IMG/VR virus record: IMGVR_UViG_3300037851_000436 | Location: 1-42,151 of that record | Source of the DNA: a virus | Taxonomy: Duplodnaviria; Caudoviricetes | Strand: one strand, 5' to 3' | DNA length: 42,151 bases | Shown here: one piece after another, positions 16,799-26,288 of the stretch | How positions within the stretch are numbered: the stretch's first letter is position 1 | Layout: each line of letters begins with the position of its first letter | The notes under the pieces: generated by a model | Told to the model about the DNA's origin: nothing | What the model saw: only the letters and a program-made list of their open reading frames with translations | Databases searched by the model: none | Translations under genes and position numbers: made by a program

Positions 16799-17452
16799 TT
16801 ACCAATAAATAAATCTTATGTCACTTGTATCAACATATTTACTTGAACCAGTATTATTCTCTATCTTATATCTAAGTTCACTATCATATTCTCCATTAGA
16901 ATTATCCCCAATATACACTTTACCAAAACTATCAACACTTCTCCAAACATTGTTACCACTATCTATATACAAATCAAAACCGTCACCATTATTCTGATTA
17001 ACAAAGAATGTAACCTCTCGTATATTTTTTCCTGGTTCTTTCTGGATAATTGTACTAATAATTATTTCTCCATCATCAATGCTATATCTATTATTAACAT
17101 TATCAAATGTTGCAGTAGTATTATCTGTATCTATAAATTCCTCATTATAATAATTCTCTTTGAAATGCTGATTAGGATTAAGTACTGCCTCAAATACTGG
17201 GTCTTGTCTTGGTGCATCAAGTTGTAAATTATCATTGTCAAGTACACTTGGAGAATATACTCTGTCTAATGAAATCCCTATAGGATTAAAGGCGACTTGG
17301 CTCTTAATAACTATTGCTTTCTGTCTTAATCTTAGTTTCTCTCTTGGAAACAAATAAGACTCATTCAAATCTGCATCACCATCAAGATTATGTTTTGTAT
17401 TCACTACACTATCTAAATCTACTTCAGCCATATTATTCCTCGTTAATATCAA
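16799..17452 (-). CDS. Putative virion tail/baseplate protein
   Basis: 217-aa beta-rich acidic ORF at distal end of structural block. Confidence 0.5.
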   Translation of the reverse strand: MILTRNNMAEVDLDSVVNTKHNLDGDADLNESYLFPREKLRLRQKAIVIKSQVAFNPIGISLDRVYSPSVLDNDNLQLDAPRQDPVFEAVLNPNQHFKENYYNEEFIDTDNTTATFDNVNNRYSIDDGEIIISTIIQKEPGKNIREVTFFVNQNNGDGFDLYIDSGNNVWRSVDSFGKVYIGDNSNGEYDSELRYKIENNTGSSKYVDTSDIRFIYW

Positions 17453-17786
17453 ACTCTACATAAGTATCAATATATAATACTTGATCATTTGTCTTATCAA
17501 ACTGAGGAAATACATTCCTTGTCCAGTAAGTAGTATTATCTAAACTTATTAAACCAAATTCTTGGAATCCATTTCCATTACCTATTCCTTCTGGTAAATA
17601 ATAACTTACCTTGAAACCATTAGTCAAATCTGATTTAGTAATTGTTAGTTCAGTAGCAGAGACTCCTGCAATTAATTCTGTCTGTGAGATATTCCAAACA
17701 GTTCCATCTGTTCCTAACTTACCCTCGTTAATATCATTCTTAATCAAAGATAAAGCCTTTGTTCTTGCACTATTTAAAAATGCCAT
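17433..17786 (-). CDS. Putative baseplate/tail-fibre attachment protein
   Basis: LGTDGT...TEL...GNGFQEFGL...TRNVF...KT pattern seen in tail-fibre base domains. Confidence 0.55.
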   Translation of the reverse strand: MAFLNSARTKALSLIKNDINEGKLGTDGTVWNISQTELIAGVSATELTITKSDLTNGFKVSYYLPEGIGNGNGFQEFGLISLDNTTYWTRNVFPQFDKTNDQVLYIDTYVEFDINEE

Positions 17787-17810
17787 TTTAATTTATTATA
17801 GATAAGTAAG

Positions 17811-17818
17811 TTTATAAA
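17811..17818. promoter_or_regulatory. Palindromic TATA box positioned for both divergent genes
   Basis: TTTATAAA is 24 nt from ATG 17786 (-) and 22 nt from ATG 17841 (+). Confidence 0.65.
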
Positions 17819-17840
17819 TATGTTTATTCAATAGATGTGT

Positions 17841-18038
17841 ATGGTATTAAACGATTTATTAAGACATCCAGATATTATTGCTAAATTAGATACTTATTGT
17901 AGAATTAAAGATAGTTCTGATTACTATATACAAAGAATATTACGAGACGAAACAAAAGCACAATATAGGATTAGTGACGCAGAATTTAATGAACTTGTTA
18001 AAAGATATTCTCTTTATGAAAATTATAGACGAACCTAA
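17841..18038 (+). CDS. Hypothetical small helical protein
   Basis: ORF with TATA box at leaderless distance and T-run after the stop. Confidence 0.7.
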   Translation: MVLNDLLRHPDIIAKLDTYCRIKDSSDYYIQRILRDETKAQYRISDAEFNELVKRYSLYENYRRT

Positions 18039-18044
18039 GTTTTT

Positions 18045-18143
18045 TACCGTTATCAAGACGGATGCTACCACAAGGTAACTAATTACTGGTTCTTAGTCTT
18101 ACTCGCCAATTTATCTACCATATCTAATAATTAATATTAGATA
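18045..18143 (-). ncRNA. Putative small structured RNA downstream of the tRNAs
   Basis: AAAAG-TTATAAAT at 18163-18170; four consecutive hairpins. Confidence 0.4.
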
Positions 18144-18202
18144 TATAGAAATATATTTACTTATTTATAACTTTTATTATTAACTGGTTAGTAATAATTG
18201 AA

Positions 18203-18273
18203 TAGTCCTATGTGGAGTCGAACCACATTCTTTTGGGTCAAAGCCAGAAATCCTCCCATTAAACGATAGTACT
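18203..18273 (-). tRNA. trnQ: tRNA-Gln(UUG)
   Basis: AGTACTA/TAGGACT acceptor, anticodon loop CTTTGAC, T arm TGTGG-TTCGACT-CCACA; A1-U72; no CCA. Confidence 0.88.
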
Positions 18274-18277
18274 AAAG

Positions 18278-18351
18278 AATTGAAATCGGGATTTGAACCC
18301 AAACTAATAGCTCCACAGACTATTGTGCTACCTAATTACACTATATCAATC
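18278..18351 (-). tRNA. trnH: tRNA-His(GUG)
   Basis: Encoded G-1, D arm GTGT/GCAC, anticodon loop CTGTGGA, T arm TTGGG-TTCAAAT-CCCGA; no CCA. Confidence 0.88.
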
Positions 18352-18374
18352 ATATATTACTAATTATCTAATAA

Positions 18375-18382
18375 TATATAAA
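18375..18382 (-). promoter_or_regulatory. TATA box of the tRNA operon
   Basis: TTTATATA 23 nt upstream of tRNA-His. Confidence 0.65.
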
Positions 18383-18393
18383 TATTTATATTA

Positions 18394-18888
18394 TTATATT
18401 TTATTAGCTATTATAAATTTATAACACCAGATTAGTGAATTATTTGCAGAATTAGAAGCACCATTATGAGTGAATGTACAAGTCAGAGTTATTCCAGATT
18501 CTTTATCTGTAGATGTTAATGTGTATTCGACATATGTATCAACTTGATTTCTTCTGTCATCTGAGCTCTCTAAGGAAGTCCCCGTGCTTGAGCTTGCAAG
18601 TGTAGTTGTACTAATAAGTGTGCTTGAACCTGAACCGCCACTTTTTGCTATAGCATATGTACAATTTCCTGAATTAGTCGCAGAATAATTCCAAGATAAT
18701 CCTGCAAAACCATAATAAATTTTAATTTTAGAACCACATTTCAATAACTGGTCTATTGTTAAAGTTACTTCTCTTGTTTCACTATATGAACCAGTACCTG
18801 AATCAGAAAACATAGTAAAATTGCCTGATGTCACAACCTCTTCATCATTATATACTACAATATTATTAAAATCTGGAGTTATTGGCAT
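18394..18888 (-). CDS. Putative tail-tip/receptor-binding beta-sandwich protein
   Basis: Ser/Thr/Gly-rich beta protein in tail module. Confidence 0.5.
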   Translation of the reverse strand: MPITPDFNNIVVYNDEEVVTSGNFTMFSDSGTGSYSETREVTLTIDQLLKCGSKIKIYYGFAGLSWNYSATNSGNCTYAIAKSGGSGSSTLISTTTLASSSTGTSLESSDDRRNQVDTYVEYTLTSTDKESGITLTCTFTHNGASNSANNSLIWCYKFIIANKI

Positions 18889-19557
18889 TTAATTATGCAC
18901 CTCTATTATATATATTGTAGTAGTATCACTACCATTACAAATTGAACTTATTGTATCTATTTCAATATCATTCAACTGTAAATAATCTCCTCCTTTTAAT
19001 TGATAACCTGTACTAACTGTTGCAGTACCATCAAATTCTATATATGCATAAGAACCACCACCATTATATATAAGTACATCTTTATAAGAAGTAGTATTTG
19101 TAAAAGTAACTGAACTACTAGTACTAGAACTTGAAATAGTTTTTATCTCATAATTATATTTTGAACCTTGAACTCCACCAAAACCTAAAATCTTTAATGT
19201 TGTAGTATCACTACCTCCACATATAGCAGAAAAAGTACTAAAAGAACAATTACTTAGTGTTATTGTTTTATATCTTGGAATAGCAAATCCACTAGTTGTT
19301 GCAGTTCCATCTAAATCGAAATAACAAGTTTTATCTCCTGCATTCTGTATAACTAAAGTATTAATATTTGTCAAACTAGAAAATGTAGCACTTGAACTAG
19401 TACTTGTGACTGATAATGTCAATACTTCAAAATTATTTTTTCTAATACTTACTCGCCTAGCAATTTCATCAAATGTATCGTTTAAGTCTGCACTAGCCAA
19501 ATTTGTCTCTTCATAAGCCCAATCAGTACCACCAAGATTATCATTTCTTATTCCCAT
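18889..19557 (-). CDS. Putative minor tail protein with two tandem beta domains
   Basis: LVIQNAGDKTCYFDLDGTAT vs VLIYNGGGSYAYIEFDGTAT, and both end C.GSDTTT; TATA at 19579-19586. Confidence 0.6.
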   Translation of the reverse strand: MGIRNDNLGGTDWAYEETNLASADLNDTFDEIARRVSIRKNNFEVLTLSVTSTSSSATFSSLTNINTLVIQNAGDKTCYFDLDGTATTSGFAIPRYKTITLSNCSFSTFSAICGGSDTTTLKILGFGGVQGSKYNYEIKTISSSSTSSSVTFTNTTSYKDVLIYNGGGSYAYIEFDGTATVSTGYQLKGGDYLQLNDIEIDTISSICNGSDTTTIYIIEVHN

Positions 19558-19579
19558 AGTTTTTATATGTCTTTAATCT

Positions 19580-21469
19580 TTATAAATCTAATTGATTTGA
19601 TTCTTCTAATTCTGAATATACATCATATTCTACTTCTAAATTTGTTGACCAAGTACCATCCTTAATCTGATGTTTAATTGTTTTAACTCTTAAAAAGTAA
19701 TAACCTTGTGGCTGATTAGGATTAACAACTCCTTGTGCTAAGTTCTTATATAATATTCTTGAACCAGTACTATACCATTTACTTGTTGTATCACTTTCTC
19801 CACTCTGAATAAATCTGTTACCCCTAATAACAAATGTACCTTTCAAATATCCTTCTTTGACTTTAGCAAAAATATCCTCACATTTCAAGTATGCTTTTCT
19901 TCTACAAACATCTTTTAATGCGTCATCATAATCACTATCACTCTCAACAATTGCTCCCCATGCAGTAGTATATGGATATGAACTTGGATAATCATACTTA
20001 GAATTAACAGTATCAAATCTATTATCAATCTTTAAAAATTCTCTTACAATACCTTTCATTGGGATAAATGTTTCTTTTAATTCTAAACTATCACTTGTCT
20101 CATTCAATTTATGACCAATAATATCTCTATTCTTCATCGGATTAGTCCCACAAGTAAAATAAATATGATTAAAGGCGTCTTCTGTTTCTGTACCCATTGT
20201 AGCATCATATATTTGCTTGAAATCTTTTTCATTATCCCAAATAAATTCACAATCTCCAACAACAGAATATGAATTAGAAATAGCAATATCAGAACTAGAC
20301 ACATAATTGCCAAGAGTAAAAGTTGTTGCATTATTACTAAGAATCTGATATGTCTTACCATTAACTCTAATAAGTTTATTTGCATATTCATTCGTTGTCA
20401 TACTCTGTGAACTATCAGTAATAGTATTACTAGTAAATCCAGTAACTAATCCACTATCAAGTTTATTTGGTGCAGTAAGAACATACCAGTTAAGTCTATA
20501 TTTCTTTTGCTCAATATCATAACTAACACTAAATTGCATATCTCTTAAAATTGTTTTAGTGTTATTCTCAAGTTCCCAACTAGTATTAACTGCATTAACA
20601 CTACTAAGTTCACTAAGTAATTTATGGTATGGTTCTCTAGCAATAGCAAAATCAATAATAGGAAACGCAGAATTATCTGGTCGTAAAAGTTGTACATCTG
20701 CTTTATATGCTGTACCTATATTTGTAGTTGTATTAACTATCAAATCAAATGAACCAGTATAACTTGATACGGGGACTACAAGTTTAAGGGCGTTCACTAT
20801 TGCACTAGCAGAACTATGTCCAATCTTGTATAAGTTAGTTACTCCTGAATAAATATTCTGATGTACTGTTATAGTTGTTGCAGTATTACTCAAAATTAAA
20901 TAACAATATTCTTTACCAGAACTATCTTCAAATTGTAATGTTCTATTAACCCATTGATTAGTAGTCCAAGATGCAGTAGTATCTGTCATTGTATTAGAAC
21001 TCTTACTTGTTAGCGTACCATTTACATTTGTAGTATATACTCCATTACTCAAACGATTAAATATTTTATAATTAATATCAACTGCTGACAAGGATAATAT
21101 TTTTCCTTGTTCATTAAGAGTCCAAGTCTTTACAATATAATCCTGTAATATATCATCATATTTAGTTATGTCAATAGGTACTCCGTCCCTATACTTACAA
21201 AATATTCTTAGTATATCTTTACTAGAAAAAGCAATTTTACCTGTCGTAGGATTAACAAACTGATGTACTTTTGTTGTTTGTCCAAATAAACTTAGATTAT
21301 AAATATAATTAAGTTTCAGATTAAGATTAACAACATTATTCTCTAACTTAACTCCGTCTTGTGAAGAATGGTCAATACACGCAGTTATCTCTTCAGGAAC
21401 ACTATTAAGATTACCAGCCTTATACCACAATATCCTATACTCTATTGTGTCTATTGTTCCTTTAACCAT
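19580..21469 (-). CDS. Baseplate hub/tail-tip protein
   Basis: Second gene after tape measure; C-terminal LRVKTIKHQI..GTWSTNLEV; two inserted TD..SWTTN..ILSN.ATT repeats. Confidence 0.65.
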   Translation of the reverse strand: MVKGTIDTIEYRILWYKAGNLNSVPEEITACIDHSSQDGVKLENNVVNLNLKLNYIYNLSLFGQTTKVHQFVNPTTGKIAFSSKDILRIFCKYRDGVPIDITKYDDILQDYIVKTWTLNEQGKILSLSAVDINYKIFNRLSNGVYTTNVNGTLTSKSSNTMTDTTASWTTNQWVNRTLQFEDSSGKEYCYLILSNTATTITVHQNIYSGVTNLYKIGHSSASAIVNALKLVVPVSSYTGSFDLIVNTTTNIGTAYKADVQLLRPDNSAFPIIDFAIAREPYHKLLSELSSVNAVNTSWELENNTKTILRDMQFSVSYDIEQKKYRLNWYVLTAPNKLDSGLVTGFTSNTITDSSQSMTTNEYANKLIRVNGKTYQILSNNATTFTLGNYVSSSDIAISNSYSVVGDCEFIWDNEKDFKQIYDATMGTETEDAFNHIYFTCGTNPMKNRDIIGHKLNETSDSLELKETFIPMKGIVREFLKIDNRFDTVNSKYDYPSSYPYTTAWGAIVESDSDYDDALKDVCRRKAYLKCEDIFAKVKEGYLKGTFVIRGNRFIQSGESDTTSKWYSTGSRILYKNLAQGVVNPNQPQGYYFLRVKTIKHQIKDGTWSTNLEVEYDVYSELEESNQLDL

Positions 21470-21473
21470 AACT

Positions 21474-22085
21474 CTATGCCTCCGGACTTACCATATATGC
21501 AGTAATAGAAACCTCAACTTTTTTAGTATCTGCTTGTTCTTTCATTACAAGGTTAGAGATATAAATGGGTAATGCAATAGCATCATAATCACTTGTACCT
21601 GTGTAACCATTAACTGATTTAGGAATTGTAGTATTACTCCAGTGATTAGTTGCTAATATTCTAAACAAACTAGAATAGAAATCAACACAATTATTATCTA
21701 CAATGTCTGTATCATTATTTGGCATAAAATACAATAACTTAATTGTACCACTATCAATCCATTTTTCTAAATATAAACACGCATCAATAATATCTGTTGG
21801 ACTTGCTTCTTCTTCACTATCTAATCCAGATATTTGTCTACTAAAACTAGTAGAAATCTCAATAGGGATTGCTTGTTTATTTCCTACACTTATTCTTGGT
21901 CTATAATTAGTAATATTCTTTTCAACATTAATCTCTACTTCTCTACCAATACTAATACTAAAAGGTTTAAGATTTACATACCCAGCACTTGGATTTTGTG
22001 GTGTTTCAATCTCATCATAACCATACTCAGTATTATCAATAATAATCTCATTCGCACCAATATCTTTAATAACATAATAACCCAT
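21474..22085 (-). CDS. Putative distal tail protein
   Basis: Position right after tape measure; size 203 aa. Confidence 0.5.
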   Translation of the reverse strand: MGYYVIKDIGANEIIIDNTEYGYDEIETPQNPSAGYVNLKPFSISIGREVEINVEKNITNYRPRISVGNKQAIPIEISTSFSRQISGLDSEEEASPTDIIDACLYLEKWIDSGTIKLLYFMPNNDTDIVDNNCVDFYSSLFRILATNHWSNTTIPKSVNGYTGTSDYDAIALPIYISNLVMKEQADTKKVEVSITAYMVSPEA

Positions 22086-22090
22086 TTTGT

Positions 22091-24046
22091 TTACCTCTTT
22101 GTTGGACTAAATACTGAACTAACTGTATTTATTAAACTTTTAACTCCTGAACTTCCTTCACTTACTCTCTTCTCTTTAATTGTATAAGTAAATGTTTTTC
22201 CATTCAATTCAGTTAATTTCTTCATTAATGCAGTCAAATCACTTGTCAATGCTATAACCGCAACACTTGCACTATGTGTTACTGGTATCAAACCTTCTTT
22301 AGGGTCTGTCATAAATAATACCATAGTATAAATCTGAGTACTTACATCAAATAATATTGTTTTAAGTTTTTCATACTCAACACTTAATCCTGCTACTTGT
22401 TCTTGTGATAATGACGCTAATGTAGTTTGTAGTGTTGTTGCTTGAGTATTCTGTTCAGTATAACTTTCAGAAACTCCATCAATAAGTGACTTTTGTTTAT
22501 CTAACTCAATTAATGCATCTTCAACAAGTATATTTAATTCATCCATATTTTCACTACCTTTTTTCACTGCTCCAGCCCATTCTATTTGTTTATCTACCTC
22601 CCAATTATTAATTGCATCTGTAAAACCTACTGAAATATCCCCAGCTTTTTTTAATGTTTCTTCAGATTTTTCAAATGCTTCAACTATTTTCTTTGTAATT
22701 TCTTCAGTATTAAATGACTCTACAACGGCATCACTTATATTTTCTTTAGACCATAATGCGTTCCAACCTGCTTTAATGGAGTTCCACAGTTGATTAAAAG
22801 ATTCTTTCATTGCGGCTACTGCAATATCTGTTATACTTGACAAACCAATAAATAATGAAGCAATTCCAGTTATTGCTAAAACAAATAAATTACCAAGTCC
22901 TGCGAGAAAAGTAACTGTTACACTTTTTATATTATTCCAAGTACCAGTAACTTCTAAACCCAAATCATCAAGATGTTTAGAATTTAATTTATATATCGCA
23001 TAAATTGCAGCAGAAACAATTGCTGCTGCAAGAACCCATACTCCCAAAGTAGCAAGACTTAAACTAGATAATGCAGTAACAAAGGCACTTACACCACTAG
23101 ATAGTTTTGTCCAACCAATTTTTGATAATTTCCCAATATAAATACCAATCTTTTTTAATCCAGTCCATATTTTTGAATACTTAGTTTTTTCTCCGCTACT
23201 AAATATAGTGAATAAAGTTTTTAATTGAATTAAAAAAGATGCTCCTATCAATATTCCTCCATACAATGCCAATGCTTGGGCAATAGCCACTAATGTTATT
23301 GCGAAATTTGGATGTTGTGCAAACCAATCCCCAAGTCTTTCTAACCAGTCACTAAGTTTCTCAATAGCCGAAATAATAACTGGATTATTCAAAGCATTAC
23401 CAATAGCAAACTTAAGATAATTAAATGATGCAGATAATTTCTGTGTAGACTTACCAAACTGAGAATTTAATCCAGTAATATTCCTATAACTATTAACAAT
23501 ACTTTTAAATATTCCTCCAAATGTTCTTTGAATAGCCATACCAACAAATAATAATGTCAAGAAATCAAAATTCATTTTCTTTGTTTCTTTAATTACTTTA
23601 CCTGTCTGTTTCTCTAATTCTTTCTGTGATAATGTTGTACCTTTAGTAGCAATAGCCAACTGATTCATCTTCAGTTTCATTGTATCAAGAACATCACTAG
23701 TATCTAATCCAGCATCTTTCAAAGAATTATAAGTTCTACCTAAACTAAGTACTTGACTTTGTAATTTTGTTCTAACAACTACTGGATTTTGTTCAGTATT
23801 TTTATCTTTTTTTTTTATTAATTTATTAACATCTCCAGAAACTGTAGCCTTGAAATTTAATTTCTCATTTACACTAGTTTGTAAAGCATCAATATCTTTT
23901 TTAAATTTATTTGGATTAAATGCTCTATGTAAAGATTTTTCTACAGTATTACCTAATCCAATAGTAAATTTCTGAAATTGTTTCTGGGCTTCATTAAGAG
24001 CAAGTTTAACTGCAATCTGTAATGTAGCCGTTGAAGTAGTAGTCAT
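22091..24046 (-). CDS. Tail tape measure protein
   Basis: 651 aa, helical Ala/Gly/Leu-rich with hydrophobic segments and Trp-spaced repeats; follows chaperone pair. Confidence 0.85.
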   Translation of the reverse strand: MTTTSTATLQIAVKLALNEAQKQFQKFTIGLGNTVEKSLHRAFNPNKFKKDIDALQTSVNEKLNFKATVSGDVNKLIKKKDKNTEQNPVVVRTKLQSQVLSLGRTYNSLKDAGLDTSDVLDTMKLKMNQLAIATKGTTLSQKELEKQTGKVIKETKKMNFDFLTLLFVGMAIQRTFGGIFKSIVNSYRNITGLNSQFGKSTQKLSASFNYLKFAIGNALNNPVIISAIEKLSDWLERLGDWFAQHPNFAITLVAIAQALALYGGILIGASFLIQLKTLFTIFSSGEKTKYSKIWTGLKKIGIYIGKLSKIGWTKLSSGVSAFVTALSSLSLATLGVWVLAAAIVSAAIYAIYKLNSKHLDDLGLEVTGTWNNIKSVTVTFLAGLGNLFVLAITGIASLFIGLSSITDIAVAAMKESFNQLWNSIKAGWNALWSKENISDAVVESFNTEEITKKIVEAFEKSEETLKKAGDISVGFTDAINNWEVDKQIEWAGAVKKGSENMDELNILVEDALIELDKQKSLIDGVSESYTEQNTQATTLQTTLASLSQEQVAGLSVEYEKLKTILFDVSTQIYTMVLFMTDPKEGLIPVTHSASVAVIALTSDLTALMKKLTELNGKTFTYTIKEKRVSEGSSGVKSLINTVSSVFSPTKR

Positions 24047-24049
24047 GTT

Positions 24050-24310
24050 TTATTTTTCATTAAGTGTCTTATTCTGTTCTTCTGCTTTGTAGTTTATATA
24101 ACTTTCCAAATTATCCAACAAATCAAACACTATAATCATATTAGTATTCTCAGTAACTACTATCCCTGTTTCTTGTGCAAGTAAAAACATCCGAAAACTC
24201 ATATTTGAATAATATTCTAACTCACTATCAGTATTAGTTGAGTTCTCAATCTTTATTCGTCTTGCTAATTGTAAGTCTTCTTCAGTTACTGGGAGATTTC
24301 TTTTTCTCAC
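24050..24310 (-). CDS. Tail assembly chaperone extension (probable frameshift product)
   Basis: Overlaps end of 24282 ORF, weak GTG start, directly upstream of tape measure. Confidence 0.55.
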   Translation of the reverse strand: MRKRNLPVTEEDLQLARRIKIENSTNTDSELEYYSNMSFRMFLLAQETGIVVTENTNMIIVFDLLDNLESYINYKAEEQNKTLNEK

Positions 24311-24662
24311 TAATCTCTGCTCTTAATCTTGCTTCTTCTAGTTTATCCTTGTCAAGCAATTTAAACGAGATACTAAACTGTTCAAACAATTTCATTAAAT
24401 ACATTGTTACAAGCATCTGGATTTCTTCTTGTCCTATACTATTACCATCATTATGCCTAGTAATAAAATCAATAAAATAATTCCTAAACTTATCTAGATT
24501 CTTTGTATCAGTCAAATCTTTTCCATTATTGAAAAACAATTCCTGAAAATCTTTAACCTCTTTAGGACTAACATTTGTCAATTCAAATTGAATCTCGTCT
24601 GATAACTTAATAGTTTCAAACCCCAAAGCCTTTCTGAAATCTCCTTTTAATTTAATTGTCAT
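24282..24662 (-). CDS. Tail assembly chaperone
   Basis: Between tail tube and tape measure; ends at GAG AAA AAG AAA TCT CCC. Confidence 0.6.
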   Translation of the reverse strand: MTIKLKGDFRKALGFETIKLSDEIQFELTNVSPKEVKDFQELFFNNGKDLTDTKNLDKFRNYFIDFITRHNDGNSIGQEEIQMLVTMYLMKLFEQFSISFKLLDKDKLEEARLRAEISEKKKSPSN

Positions 24663-24958
24663 TTTAACAAACCTCTATGTAATTCATCTTCTACTTTATT
24701 CTCTTTTATAGTATTAAACAAATCTCTAAGTCTAGACTGTAATTCTTTTAGTTCACACTCAATATTAATAATGTGATTCTTCAAATCCTTTGTATAAACG
24801 TGGTCATGCCAAATCTTTTTCCAACGATTATCATTATGCATAGATTTACAATCATCATACCATTCGTTTAAATCTGTAAAAAATTGTAGAGGTACACTAC
24901 TTTTTAGAACAAACCCGCTCCCTGTGTTGTTCTCTATTTCTTTCTTAGTATCAGTCAT
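24659..24958 (-). CDS. Hypothetical protein with coiled coil
   Basis: ATG 24958 with GAGGT SD; own TATA box at 24995-25002. Confidence 0.7.
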   Translation of the reverse strand: MTDTKKEIENNTGSGFVLKSSVPLQFFTDLNEWYDDCKSMHNDNRWKKIWHDHVYTKDLKNHIINIECELKELQSRLRDLFNTIKENKVEDELHRGLLK

Positions 24959-25029
24959 TTCTAGCAAACCTCTAAGACTATATAGAATTACTTATTTATA
25001 AATGTTTTTAAAACAGATAGTAATTAATA

Positions 25030-25737
25030 CTAACTGTTTGATGCAGTACTATGCTGTGCCGTATAATATTCTCCAAAGAAGTCACTAGCATCTCCTTCAA
25101 TCTCAAATGAAGCCTCTGCATATCCTTCACTATCAATAGTTGTAATATCACCTACACTGATTACCTTACAATTATTGATGAAGTAACCAAGAGTAACTGC
25201 ATCAGAACTTGCAGGATTACTAATATCAGTAGTAGTTAAGATAGCCAAACCAAAATTGAAAGTTGGTGCACTACCATAATTATATCTCTTCATATTAGTT
25301 GGTGAAGTTGTAGCACTAGCAGACAATTTCATTAGGTTAGTAACCGCTCCCCTAATAGTAAGTTTAACATTTACTTGGTCTGGTTCACTCACTGCCAAAT
25401 AACTATTCTGTGCACCACTTGCATTAGAAACTCCTAGATATTTAATCTTCTCTGTCTCAGATTTAGGGAAAGTAATCTCCAAATCCTTAGCAATATGGTC
25501 AAGTCTATCAATAACATCATTTGTAGCATCAACATTAAATGGCAAATCGCCTGTTGTCAATGTACCTTCAGGGAAACCCAAGTCAATATACTTACTTGCT
25601 CCCCCACCATAGTAAAATCCCCAGAAATTCCAGAAAGGTTTACTTGTAAACTGTGATGCAGTAACATCTGCAACTGCCCCTACTAAATGTGCGAAAACAT
25701 ATTTCGCTTTTATTGGTGTTCTTCTATTTAATACCAT
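25030..25737 (-). CDS. Major tail tube protein
   Basis: Position after neck genes; C-terminal FINNCKV...GYAEASFEIEG. Confidence 0.65.
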   Translation of the reverse strand: MVLNRRTPIKAKYVFAHLVGAVADVTASQFTSKPFWNFWGFYYGGGASKYIDLGFPEGTLTTGDLPFNVDATNDVIDRLDHIAKDLEITFPKSETEKIKYLGVSNASGAQNSYLAVSEPDQVNVKLTIRGAVTNLMKLSASATTSPTNMKRYNYGSAPTFNFGLAILTTTDISNPASSDAVTLGYFINNCKVISVGDITTIDSEGYAEASFEIEGDASDFFGEYYTAQHSTASNS

Positions 25738-25739
25738 CT

Positions 25740-26288
25740 TTAATTAAATTTTATATTCATCAATCTCTCAAGTTCAAGCATTATATGATATTTAGCCCTG
25801 ATAATAGGACTCATTCCAATATCCTGGTTAGTTCTTTTATAGTAAGCCGAGTTTTGTGTCTCTGCTACTTTAATCTGGTCTTGCTCTATCCCCAATTTCT
25901 GTTTAGACCAAGCCTTTATATTTTCTATATCTTTATTCCAGTCATAAGGAAATATTCCAAACTCAAGACCTTCTAACTTCTTAATATCTTCAGCACTTGG
26001 TCTTGCTATGAATAATCTTTGGTCTTCTGGATTTATAAACTTACCTTTTAATGAACCGCCACGAGAACCTGCTTTATAAGTACTAAGTGTTAACTTGGCT
26101 CGTAAAGCCCCAGTATAATTTAGTTCTCTATTCAAAACATTGTCTCCATCAAGAGTATTTTTAGCAACAACATAACCGCTAGTAACAACAGAAGATACTT
26201 TTGGAGAAATATTATTAACTATATTTCTTATTGCTTTTGCAATAAATGCATCCTTATTTAATAGTTTAATATTAACGAGTCCCATCAA
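25740..26288 (-). CDS. Neck/tail-completion protein (HK97 gp10-like)
   Basis: YTGALR..., LEFG..P, IKAW motifs; neck gene context. Confidence 0.55.
   Translation of the reverse strand: MMGLVNIKLLNKDAFIAKAIRNIVNNISPKVSSVVTSGYVVAKNTLDGDNVLNRELNYTGALRAKLTLSTYKAGSRGGSLKGKFINPEDQRLFIARPSAEDIKKLEGLEFGIFPYDWNKDIENIKAWSKQKLGIEQDQIKVAETQNSAYYKRTNQDIGMSPIIRAKYHIMLELERLMNIKFN

Noticed and set aside
18047-18056. CCGTTATCAA match to Cas9 tracrRNA
   Set aside because: 10-nt match only; no anti-repeat, array or Cas9
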